Positions 9,815 to 19,680 of a stretch of DNA of 64,000 nt are shown one piece after another. The number at the start of each line of letters is the position of its first letter. The stretch's first letter is position 1. The translations under genes were made by a program, and so were the position numbers. The notes below the pieces were generated by a model. The model saw only the letters and a list, made by a program, of their open reading frames with translations, searched no databases and was not told where the DNA came from. This DNA is from Bacteroidales bacterium. GTDB taxonomy: Bacteria > Bacteroidota > Bacteroidia > Bacteroidales > UBA10428. The stretch covers positions 24,193 through 88,192 of the forward strand of contig JBGSSA010000030.1 of the NCBI GenBank assembly GCA_041737295.1. Direction: 5' to 3'.

Positions 9815-10247
9815 ACTTGTAAATAATATTTTCCTGAAAGGCCCGATCTCCGGTGAATTCATCGCCGGGATCATACAGCAATATGGCATTAACACCGCCA
9901 TCGGTGCACATAGTATTTTCCTCGGACAGGTCCGCAGCGATGAAAGCGACGGTTCCAGGGTGGCTGCTATTGAATACACAACCCATGCTGAAATAGCGCT
10001 TGACACGTTTCATGAAATCCAGATATCACTCCTGGAAAAATATCAATTGACCGGTTTAAAAGTCTATCACAGCATCGGAACAGTGAAGGCAGGTGAAATT
10101 TGCTTTTTTGTACTGGCAGTATCAACCCACCGGACAGATGCGATAGCGGCATGCAGCAACATAGTGGAACGGGTAAAATCGGAACTGCCCATCTGGGGAA
10201 AGATTATTCTGGAAGATGAAACCGTTCAATGGAAAGAAAATAATTAG
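9804..10247 (+). CDS. moaE: Molybdopterin synthase catalytic subunit
   Basis: GAHSIFLGQVR, HSIG, HR, KSELPIWGK. Confidence 0.92.
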   Translation: MSDKLVNNIFLKGPISGEFIAGIIQQYGINTAIGAHSIFLGQVRSDESDGSRVAAIEYTTHAEIALDTFHEIQISLLEKYQLTGLKVYHSIGTVKAGEICFFVLAVSTHRTDAIAACSNIVERVKSELPIWGKIILEDETVQWKENN

Positions 10248-10256
10248 TTTTGCCGC

Positions 10257-10871
10257 ATGACAAATGAATTCGATCTTAAGGCCCGGGAATGGGATAAAAA
10301 CCAGGTACATGTTGAACGTTCTGAAGCCATTGCCCATACAATGGAAAGACTTATCCCCCTGAACAGGCATATGAAGGCGCTAGAATTTGGCGCCGGAACC
10401 GGACTCCTGAGTTTCCTTCTGGCGGACCGGCTTGGGGAAATCACCCTTATGGATAATTCAACAGAAATGATCAATGTGACTAAAGGAAAGATCCGGGCAC
10501 AGGAAGCGCATCATTTGAAGCCGGTTTTGTTTAACCTTGAACTGGAAGATTATCCTGAACAATTCGATATTATTTTTACCCAGATGGTTATGCATCATGT
10601 GGACAATGTTTCGGTTATCCTGAAAAAATTCTACCATATGACCAACCCTGGCGGATACCTGGCTATTGCCGATCTGTATTCTGAGGATGGCTCATTTCAT
10701 GGGGACGGTTTTACCGGTCACAAAGGCTTTGAACCGGAGGTGCTTTCAAAAGAACTGGCGGAATATGGATTTAAAAATATCACACATCAGACCTGTTTTA
10801 CAATCCAAAAAATTACGGAACAGGGTACTGTGAAAAACTTTCCCGTGTTTTTGATTGTGGCAGGGAAATAA
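10257..10871 (+). CDS. Class I SAM-dependent methyltransferase
   Basis: LEFGAGTG motif I; FDIIF...MVMHHV. Confidence 0.88.
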   Translation: MTNEFDLKAREWDKNQVHVERSEAIAHTMERLIPLNRHMKALEFGAGTGLLSFLLADRLGEITLMDNSTEMINVTKGKIRAQEAHHLKPVLFNLELEDYPEQFDIIFTQMVMHHVDNVSVILKKFYHMTNPGGYLAIADLYSEDGSFHGDGFTGHKGFEPEVLSKELAEYGFKNITHQTCFTIQKITEQGTVKNFPVFLIVAGK

Positions 10872-10873
10872 AA

Positions 10874-11013
10874 GTTTTGCGGTTTTGCAGTTATGCAGTT
10901 TACTAGGCTTCTAGGCTTCTAGGCTTCTGGCTTCTGGTCTTCCAATCAACAAATCAATAATTATCCCGCCACGTCAGCCAATCATCAAATCTTCACATCA
11001 ACAAATCAACAAA
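10874..11013. repeat. Patchwork of 7-8-bp tandem repeats
   Basis: GTTWTGCR x3, CTAGGCTT x3 plus degenerate copies, AATCAACA-type x6. Confidence 0.8.
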
Positions 11014-11781
11014 TTACCTGTCAAGCCATTCCTTAAACCCCTGCATCTTTTCCCGGCTTACAAGGATATCCCCATCGGTACAATTCTTTAAAATAAGCTT
11101 AAGGCGGTAATTTGAATACGTTATAATATCCGCAAGAGCAGGAACTGATACAATATACTTCCGGTTGATCCTGAAAAACTGCCCCGGATCAAGCAATTTT
11201 TCCAGTTGTTCCAGAGTGTGATCAAACAGGTGGGTTTTGCCTGTTGTACCCACAGCATAGGTAGCCTTGTCAAGGCTGTAAAAATATAAGATATCTTCTA
11301 CGGGAATCGTGCGGATATGCAATCCACTCTTGATGAGGAAACGCTTTTTATATTGCTTTGTAAGAATCTGTTGTACCTGGTCAAGCGCGAACCGCTGTTC
11401 CTGGGCAAACCGGTTCCCTTCAAAATAGGGCGACGCCTTGAATTTCTCAATCGATGCCAACAATTCCTCCTTTTTGACAGGTTTCAGCAGGTATGCAATG
11501 CTGTTTAACCTGAAGGCTTCAATGGCATACGTATCATAAGCGGTGGTAAAAATAACTGGGCAGCCGGTTTCCACCAGTTCAAAGATTTCAAAACACAGTC
11601 CGTCCCCAAGCTGGATGTCCAGAAAGAGCAAGTCAGGCGGACTGTTTTCACGGAACCATTTCACTGACTTTTGCACAGAATCGCAGCGGCCGGTGATTTC
11701 AATCTGAGGATCAAGCTGAAGGATCATATTCTCCAGCCTTTCGGCCGCCATGGGTTCGTCTTCAATGATCACGATTCTCAT
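11014..11781 (-). CDS. LytTR-family response regulator
   Basis: IIEDE, FLDIQL, FTTAY, YLLKP receiver; FFRINRKYIV LytTR domain. Confidence 0.95.
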   Translation of the reverse strand: MRIVIIEDEPMAAERLENMILQLDPQIEITGRCDSVQKSVKWFRENSPPDLLFLDIQLGDGLCFEIFELVETGCPVIFTTAYDTYAIEAFRLNSIAYLLKPVKKEELLASIEKFKASPYFEGNRFAQEQRFALDQVQQILTKQYKKRFLIKSGLHIRTIPVEDILYFYSLDKATYAVGTTGKTHLFDHTLEQLEKLLDPGQFFRINRKYIVSVPALADIITYSNYRLKLILKNCTDGDILVSREKMQGFKEWLDR

Positions 11782-11788
11782 ACACGGG

Positions 11789-12826
11789 TTATTGATTTGT
11801 TATGAGCGGCAACTTTACGGTAAAATATCCACCTTCCCTGGATATCTCTACTTTTTGCCCGGCCAGTATCTCATATTGCTGCTTTATGTTTTCCAGACCA
11901 ATGTTTTCGGAATATTCCACCGAAGACTTTAACTGCAGCTTATTTCTCACAACAAGGAAATTGTTTTCTCTGAAGATCATAATCTCCAGGGGATCTTCCG
12001 CCGTAACAATATTATGCTTAATGGCATTCTCAACAAGCATTTGAACTGAAAGGGGCACCACCTGAAATTTCTCATCCATACCCGTATCCATCGAAACTGC
12101 AATATTAGTGGAAAACCTGATTTGCTGAAGGTTCAGATAATTTTCAACGAACTTTTTCTCAGCCGGCCAGAAAACCGTCGGCATATTCTTGTTTTCAAGT
12201 GCATATCTATAGATATCAGACAACTGAATAATAAACTGAACTGCCTTATCCGCATCCTTGTGAACGAGAGACGTCAGCGTATTCAGGCTATTAAACAGAA
12301 AATGCGGATTTACCTGGTTTTTTAGCGTCTCCAGTTGCAATTCCATTGCTTTTCGTTGCATTGATTCCTGCCTGATCAGCCCCTCCTTCCATTTCCTGAA
12401 AAATTCGATCCCGGTTATTACGCTGAAAATATAAATAATAACCAGGATCTGCAGAATCAAAAGCAGCACAGTTGTTCTCAGGTACTGAGAAATAGGCACA
12501 TTCTGTATCCGATAGATAAAAACATAATTTAGAAAAATTGTGATGCCAATGGATAGGATGATCACTACTCCCAGCGTGGAAGCAATTTTTTTACCGGGAT
12601 TTCTTTCCCAGGCGATCCTGTCCCCGAAACGGCGTGAAACCATTTTGCTAACCAGCATCATCGGATAACCCAGTCCAACAGAAAAAAGACAATTGATCAG
12701 CCAGGTTTTCGGATTATGAATAAATGAAGGCTCAAGGATAAAAGCCATCAGGTTTCCTAGAAACATGAGAAGCAAAAGAGTAAGCAGGAAACTTCTTAAT
12801 TTTTTATTCATAGGAAAAGTGCTCAT
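11789..12826 (-). CDS. LytS-type membrane sensor histidine kinase
   Basis: About 4 TM helices; LKNQVNPHFLFNSLN; LVENAIKH; IGLENI. Confidence 0.93.
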   Translation of the reverse strand: MSTFPMNKKLRSFLLTLLLLMFLGNLMAFILEPSFIHNPKTWLINCLFSVGLGYPMMLVSKMVSRRFGDRIAWERNPGKKIASTLGVVIILSIGITIFLNYVFIYRIQNVPISQYLRTTVLLLILQILVIIYIFSVITGIEFFRKWKEGLIRQESMQRKAMELQLETLKNQVNPHFLFNSLNTLTSLVHKDADKAVQFIIQLSDIYRYALENKNMPTVFWPAEKKFVENYLNLQQIRFSTNIAVSMDTGMDEKFQVVPLSVQMLVENAIKHNIVTAEDPLEIMIFRENNFLVVRNKLQLKSSVEYSENIGLENIKQQYEILAGQKVEISREGGYFTVKLPLITNQ

Positions 12827-12854
12827 ACAATTCTACCGTAAGATACATCACTTT

Positions 12855-13484
12855 TTACTGGCTGATCAATAATTCGCAACGATCTTTTCCCCAGTTGGGT
12901 ACCAATTGATTAACCGGAACAAATGTGTCGAATTTTTCCTTAGCTACCAAAAGAAGGGGCATAGCCTTGTCCTTACCTCCTCCGAATTCAACAGGCATGT
13001 TGTAAATGGCTTCCGCCTGTTCAAGATAAATTCTCGGGTTGCCTGGATTAATTGCCCTGGCCCTGTCCATTAAAGCATTCGCCTCACCCAGCAAGGACAT
13101 TCCTTTCGTGGGATCAATGGCCATTTCACCATAATACGACATGACCTTCAATACCATTAATTCAGTTTCTTCGGGGTTGATTTGCAGTCCGGATTCAATC
13201 TGCCGCTGGGCAAGGGACAGGTACTTCGTCTTTTTCGATTCATCCGGTTCCTGGAAGTTGAGCACCAGGTTGTAAAAGGCGGCATAATACCAGGGAGTCC
13301 ATTCACTCTTTTCAGCCGTGGCAATCCGCTCAAAATTGTTGGCTAGTTCCTGTAAGTCAGCGGCTGTATTTGCCGTCTTTGCTTTTTCAATACTGGCCAT
13401 CATGGCCCTTGTAAATTTTTCGTTTTGTGCCCTTAACTGGATAGAAGACAGAACGATGACTGCGATAAAAATTGTTGTTTTCAT
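12855..13484 (-). CDS. Secreted alpha-helical (TPR-like) hypothetical protein
   Basis: Signal peptide LRA|Q; FERIA..E..W..YY and NPR..L....GGG pattern seen beside Bacteroidota TonB receptors. Confidence 0.7.
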   Translation of the reverse strand: MKTTIFIAVIVLSSIQLRAQNEKFTRAMMASIEKAKTANTAADLQELANNFERIATAEKSEWTPWYYAAFYNLVLNFQEPDESKKTKYLSLAQRQIESGLQINPEETELMVLKVMSYYGEMAIDPTKGMSLLGEANALMDRARAINPGNPRIYLEQAEAIYNMPVEFGGGKDKAMPLLLVAKEKFDTFVPVNQLVPNWGKDRCELLISQ

Positions 13485-13501
13485 AAGTGTGGTTTTTAAA
13501 A

Positions 13502-15643
13502 TTACAGATTAATGAACAGACCAAGAATAAAGAATCGCTTTGACTGCGGCTTAATGGGATATTGTTCGTAGATACCTTCTGCATCCGGTGTTGCAGCGTA
13601 ATTATAGCCGAATACGTTATTGAATCCCAGCACATTGCTTACATTGAAAAGGATACCGCAGTAACTTTTAAGGAACGGCCTGATTATCAGTACGTTCATG
13701 CTTAAGTCATTGAATGGCAGGGTCGGATCGCCCTTGGTGGCAGCCAGGGAAGGATTGTACCAGGTCTTCGGACTTGAATACATATAGGTAAGACCGGTGT
13801 AAGTATTTGCCCGGCGGAAGAAATATTTCATCACAACAGACACGGAATGGGGCGATATAAAGGAAGGCACCAATGCCTTCTGGTAGTTTCTGTAATTGCG
13901 TTTGGTTTGAATATAGGAATAGGAAATCCAGTAATCCAGGTCCCTGATCGTCTTGCTGTCGCGCCAGAACAGGTCAATTCCCTGTGCGGATCCGCTTCCC
14001 GTGTTATTGTATGTGGCAGGATCCGGATTATTTTCACTGGCATATTTTACAAGGTTACTGTACCATTTTTTATAAAGTTCAACCCTGAAAATGCGGTTTT
14101 CAATTTCATACTGGTAATTCAGGATAAGGTGCGTCGCCTTTTCGGAATGCAGGTCGTTTTTCCAGATCAGGTATTCATTTTCAGGACGCTGACGAAACAA
14201 CCCATAGGCCAGCGAAAACTGTGAATAGTCACCCGGCTTGCAGGCAAATGACAATCGCGGCATCAGGCTCCATTCATGAAGCATTGACACATATTCGCTT
14301 CTCATTCCGGCCCTGAATACAAAACGTTCATTTAGCCTGACTTCCGGTTCGGCATAAACAGCATAGTCGCCGATCCGGAAGTTCCAGGCATAATCCTGTT
14401 CCGCGCCAGCCATCCGATATCCCTGGTCATAGGTATACCACGAACCTTCCTCCCCCAATTTAACGGATATGTTTTCATTGTAATCGTGGGTAAAGGTAAG
14501 TCGCTGATGGTAGGCATGAACTGTCTCATCCAGCTTGTCGGACTCAATATCGGTACCGGTATTATCGTAGGTAGCTGCAAAACCTGCCTTGTACTTCCAT
14601 TTTTTTGACAGAACATCATTGTATACAGCATTCAGATAGTAATTATTGTTCTGCATGGCAACGCGGGAGGCAGACTCAGGATTACCGGTTTCGCTATAAT
14701 TTAACGTGCTTTTATTGATATTAAATGTTCCGAAAACTTTGAGCAGTCCGTATTTGCCATATTGCTGCCTGAAAAGCACACTTCCGTCGGCCTGAACCGG
14801 TGCCTTTTCCCATTCCATGTTTGTCTTAAACAAACTATAATAAGGCGTCATATTAAGATACTGCAGGTTGCCTGCCACAGATCCTCTTTCCCAGCGCCGC
14901 GAGTGGGAACCGTTCATTCCAACCGACATGATTGTGGCACCGCTTTGCGTTTTATCCGCCAACCCGATCGTATTCAGATTGATGGCAGATGATAATGCCT
15001 CACCGTATTCAGCCGTATATCCTCCCGTACTAAACACGGTGCCTTTGAACAAAATAGGCGAAAACCGGCTGCGGGTGGGAAGATCCGGCATTTTTGCCTG
15101 GTAGGGGCTCACAACCTGCATGCCGTCGATATATGTTTTGGTTTCATATCCCTCACCTCCGCGTACATATAATCCCCCTTCATTCCCTACCATCTGGGTT
15201 CCGGGCAGTGTGGTTAGTGCCCCGTAAATATCACCCATAGCGCTTGGTGTTGTTGCAATATCCATGGGTTTGAGCACGATTGGGCGTTTCAGGTCACCGG
15301 TTTCAAAGGCACCTGCAGTGACTATTGCAGAACTGATCTCCCCGGCCATGGGGGTGAGAATTATCTCGTCATGGTTTACCGGGGCGGACAGATCGATCTC
15401 CTTTTCAATGGTCCTGTACCCTATAAAACTTACCACAAGTACCTGTTTCCCGGTTTCGGTTGTTTTGAAACTGTAATACCCCGAAGTATCAGCAGAAGCC
15501 CCGTCATAAGTTTCCCGAATGGATACATTTGCGCCCGGCATGGACATGCCTTCATTATCGGTTACTCTTCCTTTTATTATAATCTGTGAATGAAGGGATC
15601 CGGTAAGCAGAGCCATAATCAAAAGGCAGGTTGTTGTTTTCAT
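13502..15643 (-). CDS. TonB-dependent receptor with N-terminal carboxypeptidase-like domain
   Basis: Signal peptide; IKGRVTD...GANV; plug LPG...LYVRGG; beta-strand C-terminus FFILGLFINL. Confidence 0.9.
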   Translation of the reverse strand: MKTTTCLLIMALLTGSLHSQIIIKGRVTDNEGMSMPGANVSIRETYDGASADTSGYYSFKTTETGKQVLVVSFIGYRTIEKEIDLSAPVNHDEIILTPMAGEISSAIVTAGAFETGDLKRPIVLKPMDIATTPSAMGDIYGALTTLPGTQMVGNEGGLYVRGGEGYETKTYIDGMQVVSPYQAKMPDLPTRSRFSPILFKGTVFSTGGYTAEYGEALSSAINLNTIGLADKTQSGATIMSVGMNGSHSRRWERGSVAGNLQYLNMTPYYSLFKTNMEWEKAPVQADGSVLFRQQYGKYGLLKVFGTFNINKSTLNYSETGNPESASRVAMQNNNYYLNAVYNDVLSKKWKYKAGFAATYDNTGTDIESDKLDETVHAYHQRLTFTHDYNENISVKLGEEGSWYTYDQGYRMAGAEQDYAWNFRIGDYAVYAEPEVRLNERFVFRAGMRSEYVSMLHEWSLMPRLSFACKPGDYSQFSLAYGLFRQRPENEYLIWKNDLHSEKATHLILNYQYEIENRIFRVELYKKWYSNLVKYASENNPDPATYNNTGSGSAQGIDLFWRDSKTIRDLDYWISYSYIQTKRNYRNYQKALVPSFISPHSVSVVMKYFFRRANTYTGLTYMYSSPKTWYNPSLAATKGDPTLPFNDLSMNVLIIRPFLKSYCGILFNVSNVLGFNNVFGYNYAATPDAEGIYEQYPIKPQSKRFFILGLFINL

Positions 15644-15790
15644 GTAGACTGGATTTACTATTTTGCTGATATAAAGATGATTGGTTGCGGGCTTTGAAAC
15701 AAATAAAGGTTACCGGACTGAAGAATTTACCGGATGAAATGTATAAAATGAAAGATGGATGGATGAAGTGGATTCATTTCCTGATATTCT

Positions 15791-15798
15791 TATCTTTG
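15791..15798 (+). promoter_or_regulatory. Bacteroidota -7 promoter element
   Basis: TATCTTTG matches TAnnTTTG, 23 nt before ATG 15822. Confidence 0.6.
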
Positions 15799-15821
15799 AA
15801 CCCTTAAAACCTGCCCGGGAT

Positions 15822-16550
15822 ATGATGAATGCACGTCAGTTGACGGAAACGATAAGAGCTTATTGCCTGCAAAATGCCAGCGAAGCCAATGTGATCAAAT
15901 ACAGCTATTATTTCAAAAGCGGGTATGACGCCTATGGACTTTCCCAACCCACCATGGATGCCGGTGCAAAGGATATGTTGAAAATGCCCGGAATGAACCT
16001 GGACGTGGTGTTGGAGGCTGCACCGGAATTATTGAAAAGTGCGAAGTATGAGGAAACCGGACTGGTCTTACAGCTTGTTAAAGGGTTCCATAAACAGTAC
16101 ACCAGGGATACGTTTGACACCATTTCAGGATGGTACCGGATAGGTATCCGCAACTGGGCACACGCCGATACCCTGGGGATGACTATCCTTCCTTTGTTTC
16201 TGAAAAAAGAAATTGTCGTGATGGAAGATTTCAGGGACTGGCTGAAGTCGGGGTATAAATTCAAGCGCAGGAGTGTTCCTGTTACTATGATCAAATTATT
16301 GAAAACGCAAAAGGATTATTCCTCTATAATCAGGTTTGTGGAGCCGCTGATGGAAGACCCCGACAGGGAGGTTCACCAGGGGATGGGATGGTTCCTGCGC
16401 GAAGTATGGAAAAAAGATGCAGCAACGATTGAAGCTTTCCTGCTGAAATGGAAAAATACCGCTCCCCGGCTGATCATACAATATGCGACAGAAAAAATGA
16501 CAACCGGTCAAAAGTTGAAATTCAGAAAAGATAAAACCCATGCAAGATAG
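15822..16550 (+). CDS. DNA alkylation repair protein (AlkD-like HEAT repeat)
   Basis: NWAHAD, VHQGMGWFLRE, IQYATEKM; start moved from 15759 to lie downstream of the promoter motif. Confidence 0.85.
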   Translation: MMNARQLTETIRAYCLQNASEANVIKYSYYFKSGYDAYGLSQPTMDAGAKDMLKMPGMNLDVVLEAAPELLKSAKYEETGLVLQLVKGFHKQYTRDTFDTISGWYRIGIRNWAHADTLGMTILPLFLKKEIVVMEDFRDWLKSGYKFKRRSVPVTMIKLLKTQKDYSSIIRFVEPLMEDPDREVHQGMGWFLREVWKKDAATIEAFLLKWKNTAPRLIIQYATEKMTTGQKLKFRKDKTHAR

Positions 16551-17925
16551 TCCGGATACGCAATACAACCGGGGTATTCTGCTTGCGGTAATAATGATCT
16601 CCTCCTTCTTCAATCCCTTTATGAGTGCGGCCGTTAATATTGCGCTTCCTCGCATCAGCGAGGAATTATCAATGAATGCGGTTGAGCTGAGCTGGATTGC
16701 CATGGCATTCCTTCTGTCATCTGCCGTACTGCTGGTTCCCTTCGGCAAACTGGCCGATATACTGGGAAGAAAAAAAATGCTGCTGGCCGGAAATATCCTG
16801 TTTACCATTTTTACGTTTACCTGCGGCCTTTCGGTTTCCGGGGAAATGCTGATCTTTTCCCGGGTGCTGCAGGGTGTCGGAAGCGCCATGATCGCGAGTT
16901 CGGGTATGGCCCTCATAATTTCCGCATTTTCGGCCGAACGGAGGGGCCGGATTATAGGGCTTAATACATCTGCTGTGTATGTCGGGCTTTCCGCAGCTCC
17001 ATTACTCGGAGGATTTCTCACGCAGCACCTGGGTTGGCAAAGCCTGTTTTATATTAATGCTTTTGTAGGTCTCCTGATCATAGTTGGAATTGTATATGGT
17101 GTAAAGGCGGAATGGGCGGAAGCCAAAAACGACCGCTTCGACTGGAAGGGATCGCTGGTTTATATGGTGGCCATGACATCCCTGATGTATGGTTTTTCAA
17201 AAATGCCCGGAAAAGCAGGCACAATACTCACAATCATTGGTCTGGCAGGCATGATCATTTTTGTGATGGTGGAATTGAGGGTTCCCGTGCCCGTGCTGAA
17301 TATCAATCTTTTCAGGAATAACAGGATCTTTGCCTTTTCAAACCTGGCCGCCCTGATCAACTACGCCGCTACATTTGCAATCACATTTGTACTCAGCCTT
17401 TACCTTCAAAATGTAAGGGGCCTGGCGCCCATGGAGGCCGGAATGGTACTGGTAACCCAGCCTGTGCTTATGGCCATCGTGGCGTCAATATCCGGCAGAC
17501 TGTCGGACCGGATTGATTCAAAGATCCTTTCATCCCTTGGAATGGGGATTATATCAGTCGGATTGATCCTGCTTGTTTTTCTTACAGCGGATACCTCCCT
17601 GAAATACCTTATTGGTACCCTGGCCTTGCTGGGACTGGGTTTCGGATTGTTTTCCTCCCCCAATACAAATTCGGTAATGAGCTCGGTTGAAAAGAAGTTT
17701 CTGGGTACGGCATCGGCCACACTGGGCACTATGCGTGTCACGGGAATGATGTTCAGCATGGCCATAGCAGCCATGTCGATCCATTTGTTCATAGGCGAAG
17801 CACAAATCAATACTGCCACAATCCCGGGCTTCATGAACAGTGTAAAAGTCATTTTTACAGTCTTCACCGTTCTTTGTATCGCCGGTGTTTTTGCATCACT
17901 GGCCCGGGGAAAGAAATCTGCATAG
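16540..17925 (+). CDS. MFS efflux transporter (DHA2-like, 14 TM)
   Basis: GKLADILGRKK motif A; GRLSDRI; FSSPNTN. Confidence 0.92.
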   Translation: MQDSPDTQYNRGILLAVIMISSFFNPFMSAAVNIALPRISEELSMNAVELSWIAMAFLLSSAVLLVPFGKLADILGRKKMLLAGNILFTIFTFTCGLSVSGEMLIFSRVLQGVGSAMIASSGMALIISAFSAERRGRIIGLNTSAVYVGLSAAPLLGGFLTQHLGWQSLFYINAFVGLLIIVGIVYGVKAEWAEAKNDRFDWKGSLVYMVAMTSLMYGFSKMPGKAGTILTIIGLAGMIIFVMVELRVPVPVLNINLFRNNRIFAFSNLAALINYAATFAITFVLSLYLQNVRGLAPMEAGMVLVTQPVLMAIVASISGRLSDRIDSKILSSLGMGIISVGLILLVFLTADTSLKYLIGTLALLGLGFGLFSSPNTNSVMSSVEKKFLGTASATLGTMRVTGMMFSMAIAAMSIHLFIGEAQINTATIPGFMNSVKVIFTVFTVLCIAGVFASLARGKKSA

Positions 17926-17943
17926 TCAGGGTGTTAAAATAAT

Positions 17944-17975
17944 CCGTAAATTGGATACAATAACCAGTAATTTGG
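17944..17975 (+). promoter_or_regulatory. Tandem direct repeat, probable AraC-family binding site
   Basis: GTAAATTGG (17946) and GTAATTTGG (17967), 21-bp period, upstream of an AraC gene. Confidence 0.5.
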
Positions 17976-18029
17976 TTGCTTACGTATTCCTCAGAGTTGA
18001 TTTACTTTGTATCCGGAAGACTTAATACA

Positions 18030-18935
18030 ATGATGAAAAATATAGTTTACAGGGTTCATACAATTAGTGAACTGCATGAAATAGCAGGATTTGAAAAGCC
18101 TAAACACCCGCTTGTTACGGTTATAGACTACTCAAAAGTAAATATTAATAACGCTCCCGAATCGGGTAGTTTTGTATGCAGTTTTTATTCCGTTAATTTT
18201 AAGAGCCATTGTGATTTTATATATGGCAGAAATGCGTTTGATCATAAAGAAGGTACGTTGCATTGTACCGCTCCCGAACAGGTAATCACATTCAACCGGA
18301 GTAACCAGGCAAATAGTTCCACAGGCTGGGGCTTATATTTTCATCCTGAGCTAATAAGAAATACCTCGTTGGGGAAAAGAATAAATGAATATTCATTTTT
18401 TTCTTATGCTGAAAATGAGGCATTACACCTTTCAGAACACGAAAAGGAAACCTTGCTTTCCATACTAAAACAAATGGAAAAAGAATACAATACCAATATT
18501 GACCATTATTCCCACGATCTGATCATATCGAATATCGAACTGCTGCTGAATTATTGCAGACGCTACTATGGCCGACAATTTATTACCCGCACAAATCAAA
18601 ATAAAGATGTCATCGTTCGGTTTGAAGAATTCATAGTAGATTACTTCAACTCAGACAGACTAAAAAATAATGGCATCCCTTCAGTGAAATATTGTGCGGA
18701 AAAAATGAACCTTTCACCAAATTATTTCAGCGACCTGCTAAAAAGCGAAACAGGAAAAAACACACAGGAACATATTCATTTTCATTTATTGGAGAAAGCA
18801 AAGACCAGGTTGATTGGCTCCGATAGGAACATTAATGAAATCGCTTACGAACTGGGATTTGAATACCCTCAGAGTTTCAGCAAATTCTTTAAAAAAAATG
18901 CGGGTGTTTCACCAACCGTATTCAGACTCGGATAA
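18030..18935 (+). CDS. AraC-family transcriptional regulator
   Basis: LSPNYFSDLLK..TG; IAYELGFEYPQSFSKFFKK HTH; ATG start preferred over TTG at 17976. Confidence 0.93.
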   Translation: MMKNIVYRVHTISELHEIAGFEKPKHPLVTVIDYSKVNINNAPESGSFVCSFYSVNFKSHCDFIYGRNAFDHKEGTLHCTAPEQVITFNRSNQANSSTGWGLYFHPELIRNTSLGKRINEYSFFSYAENEALHLSEHEKETLLSILKQMEKEYNTNIDHYSHDLIISNIELLLNYCRRYYGRQFITRTNQNKDVIVRFEEFIVDYFNSDRLKNNGIPSVKYCAEKMNLSPNYFSDLLKSETGKNTQEHIHFHLLEKAKTRLIGSDRNINEIAYELGFEYPQSFSKFFKKNAGVSPTVFRLG

Positions 18936-18952
18936 AGATATAACCACTTAAT

Positions 18953-19672
18953 ATGCAAATTCTTAATTACGATTCAACTCTTAAAATATCAAGAGTTGCA
19001 GGAGTGTTATTCCTGTTAAGTTTAGTAGTGCCAACACTAAACTGGAGGTATTTACTTTCGCGGTTTATTTCAAACGAAGGCAGTGCATCATTGAATATTT
19101 TGAATGAAGAGCTATTGTTTCGTTTTAATATTATTAACGGAATATTTACCACTGTAATAATTATGGCGCTTGCCTTATGCCTGTATATCATTCTCAGAAC
19201 CGTAAACCAAAACATTGCTTTAGGAGCATTCTCCCTGAAAATAATTGAAGCAGTTTTAACAGCTACCCTGACTTTGGGATATTTTATTTCTTTATTGGTT
19301 TTAAAGTCAGCACCTCATAACACTGAAATACAAAAGGTAATTAACCTGTTGATTAACAATTACATTTTTTTTACAGCAATTCCCGGAATATTTTTCGGGT
19401 TAGGTATGATGATTTTTTCATACCTGTTGCTTAAATCGGGATACGTGCCTGTCATATTGGCCGCTTTCGGAATCATCTCCTATTTTCTTGTTGCAGTCTT
19501 CGATTCCTTAATGGTTCTTTTACCCGGCTATGCAATAATACTGCCAGTTCAAATAATCGGGAGTGCACCGGTTTGCATTTTTCAAATATTCACTGGACTG
19601 TGGCTTTTATGCAAGGGTATAAAATTGAACATCCCTCCAATTGCCGCTCAATGTCAACCAATTAATTTATAG
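18953..19672 (+). CDS. DUF4386-like membrane protein
   Basis: SRVAGVLFL, LY..LR.VN..IAL, LL.KSGYVP, WLL.KG; about 6 TM helices. Confidence 0.75.
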   Translation: MQILNYDSTLKISRVAGVLFLLSLVVPTLNWRYLLSRFISNEGSASLNILNEELLFRFNIINGIFTTVIIMALALCLYIILRTVNQNIALGAFSLKIIEAVLTATLTLGYFISLLVLKSAPHNTEIQKVINLLINNYIFFTAIPGIFFGLGMMIFSYLLLKSGYVPVILAAFGIISYFLVAVFDSLMVLLPGYAIILPVQIIGSAPVCIFQIFTGLWLLCKGIKLNIPPIAAQCQPINL

Positions 19673-19680
19673 TTTACCGG

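Noticed and set aside
10874..11013. CRISPR array
   Set aside because: Units are 7-8-bp tandem repeats without unique spacers; no cas genes in the window
16296..17021. Long antisense ORFs (241 aa here; also 24551-25207, 41129-41704, 50627-51385)
   Set aside because: They lie opposite well-supported genes and show no recognisable motifs
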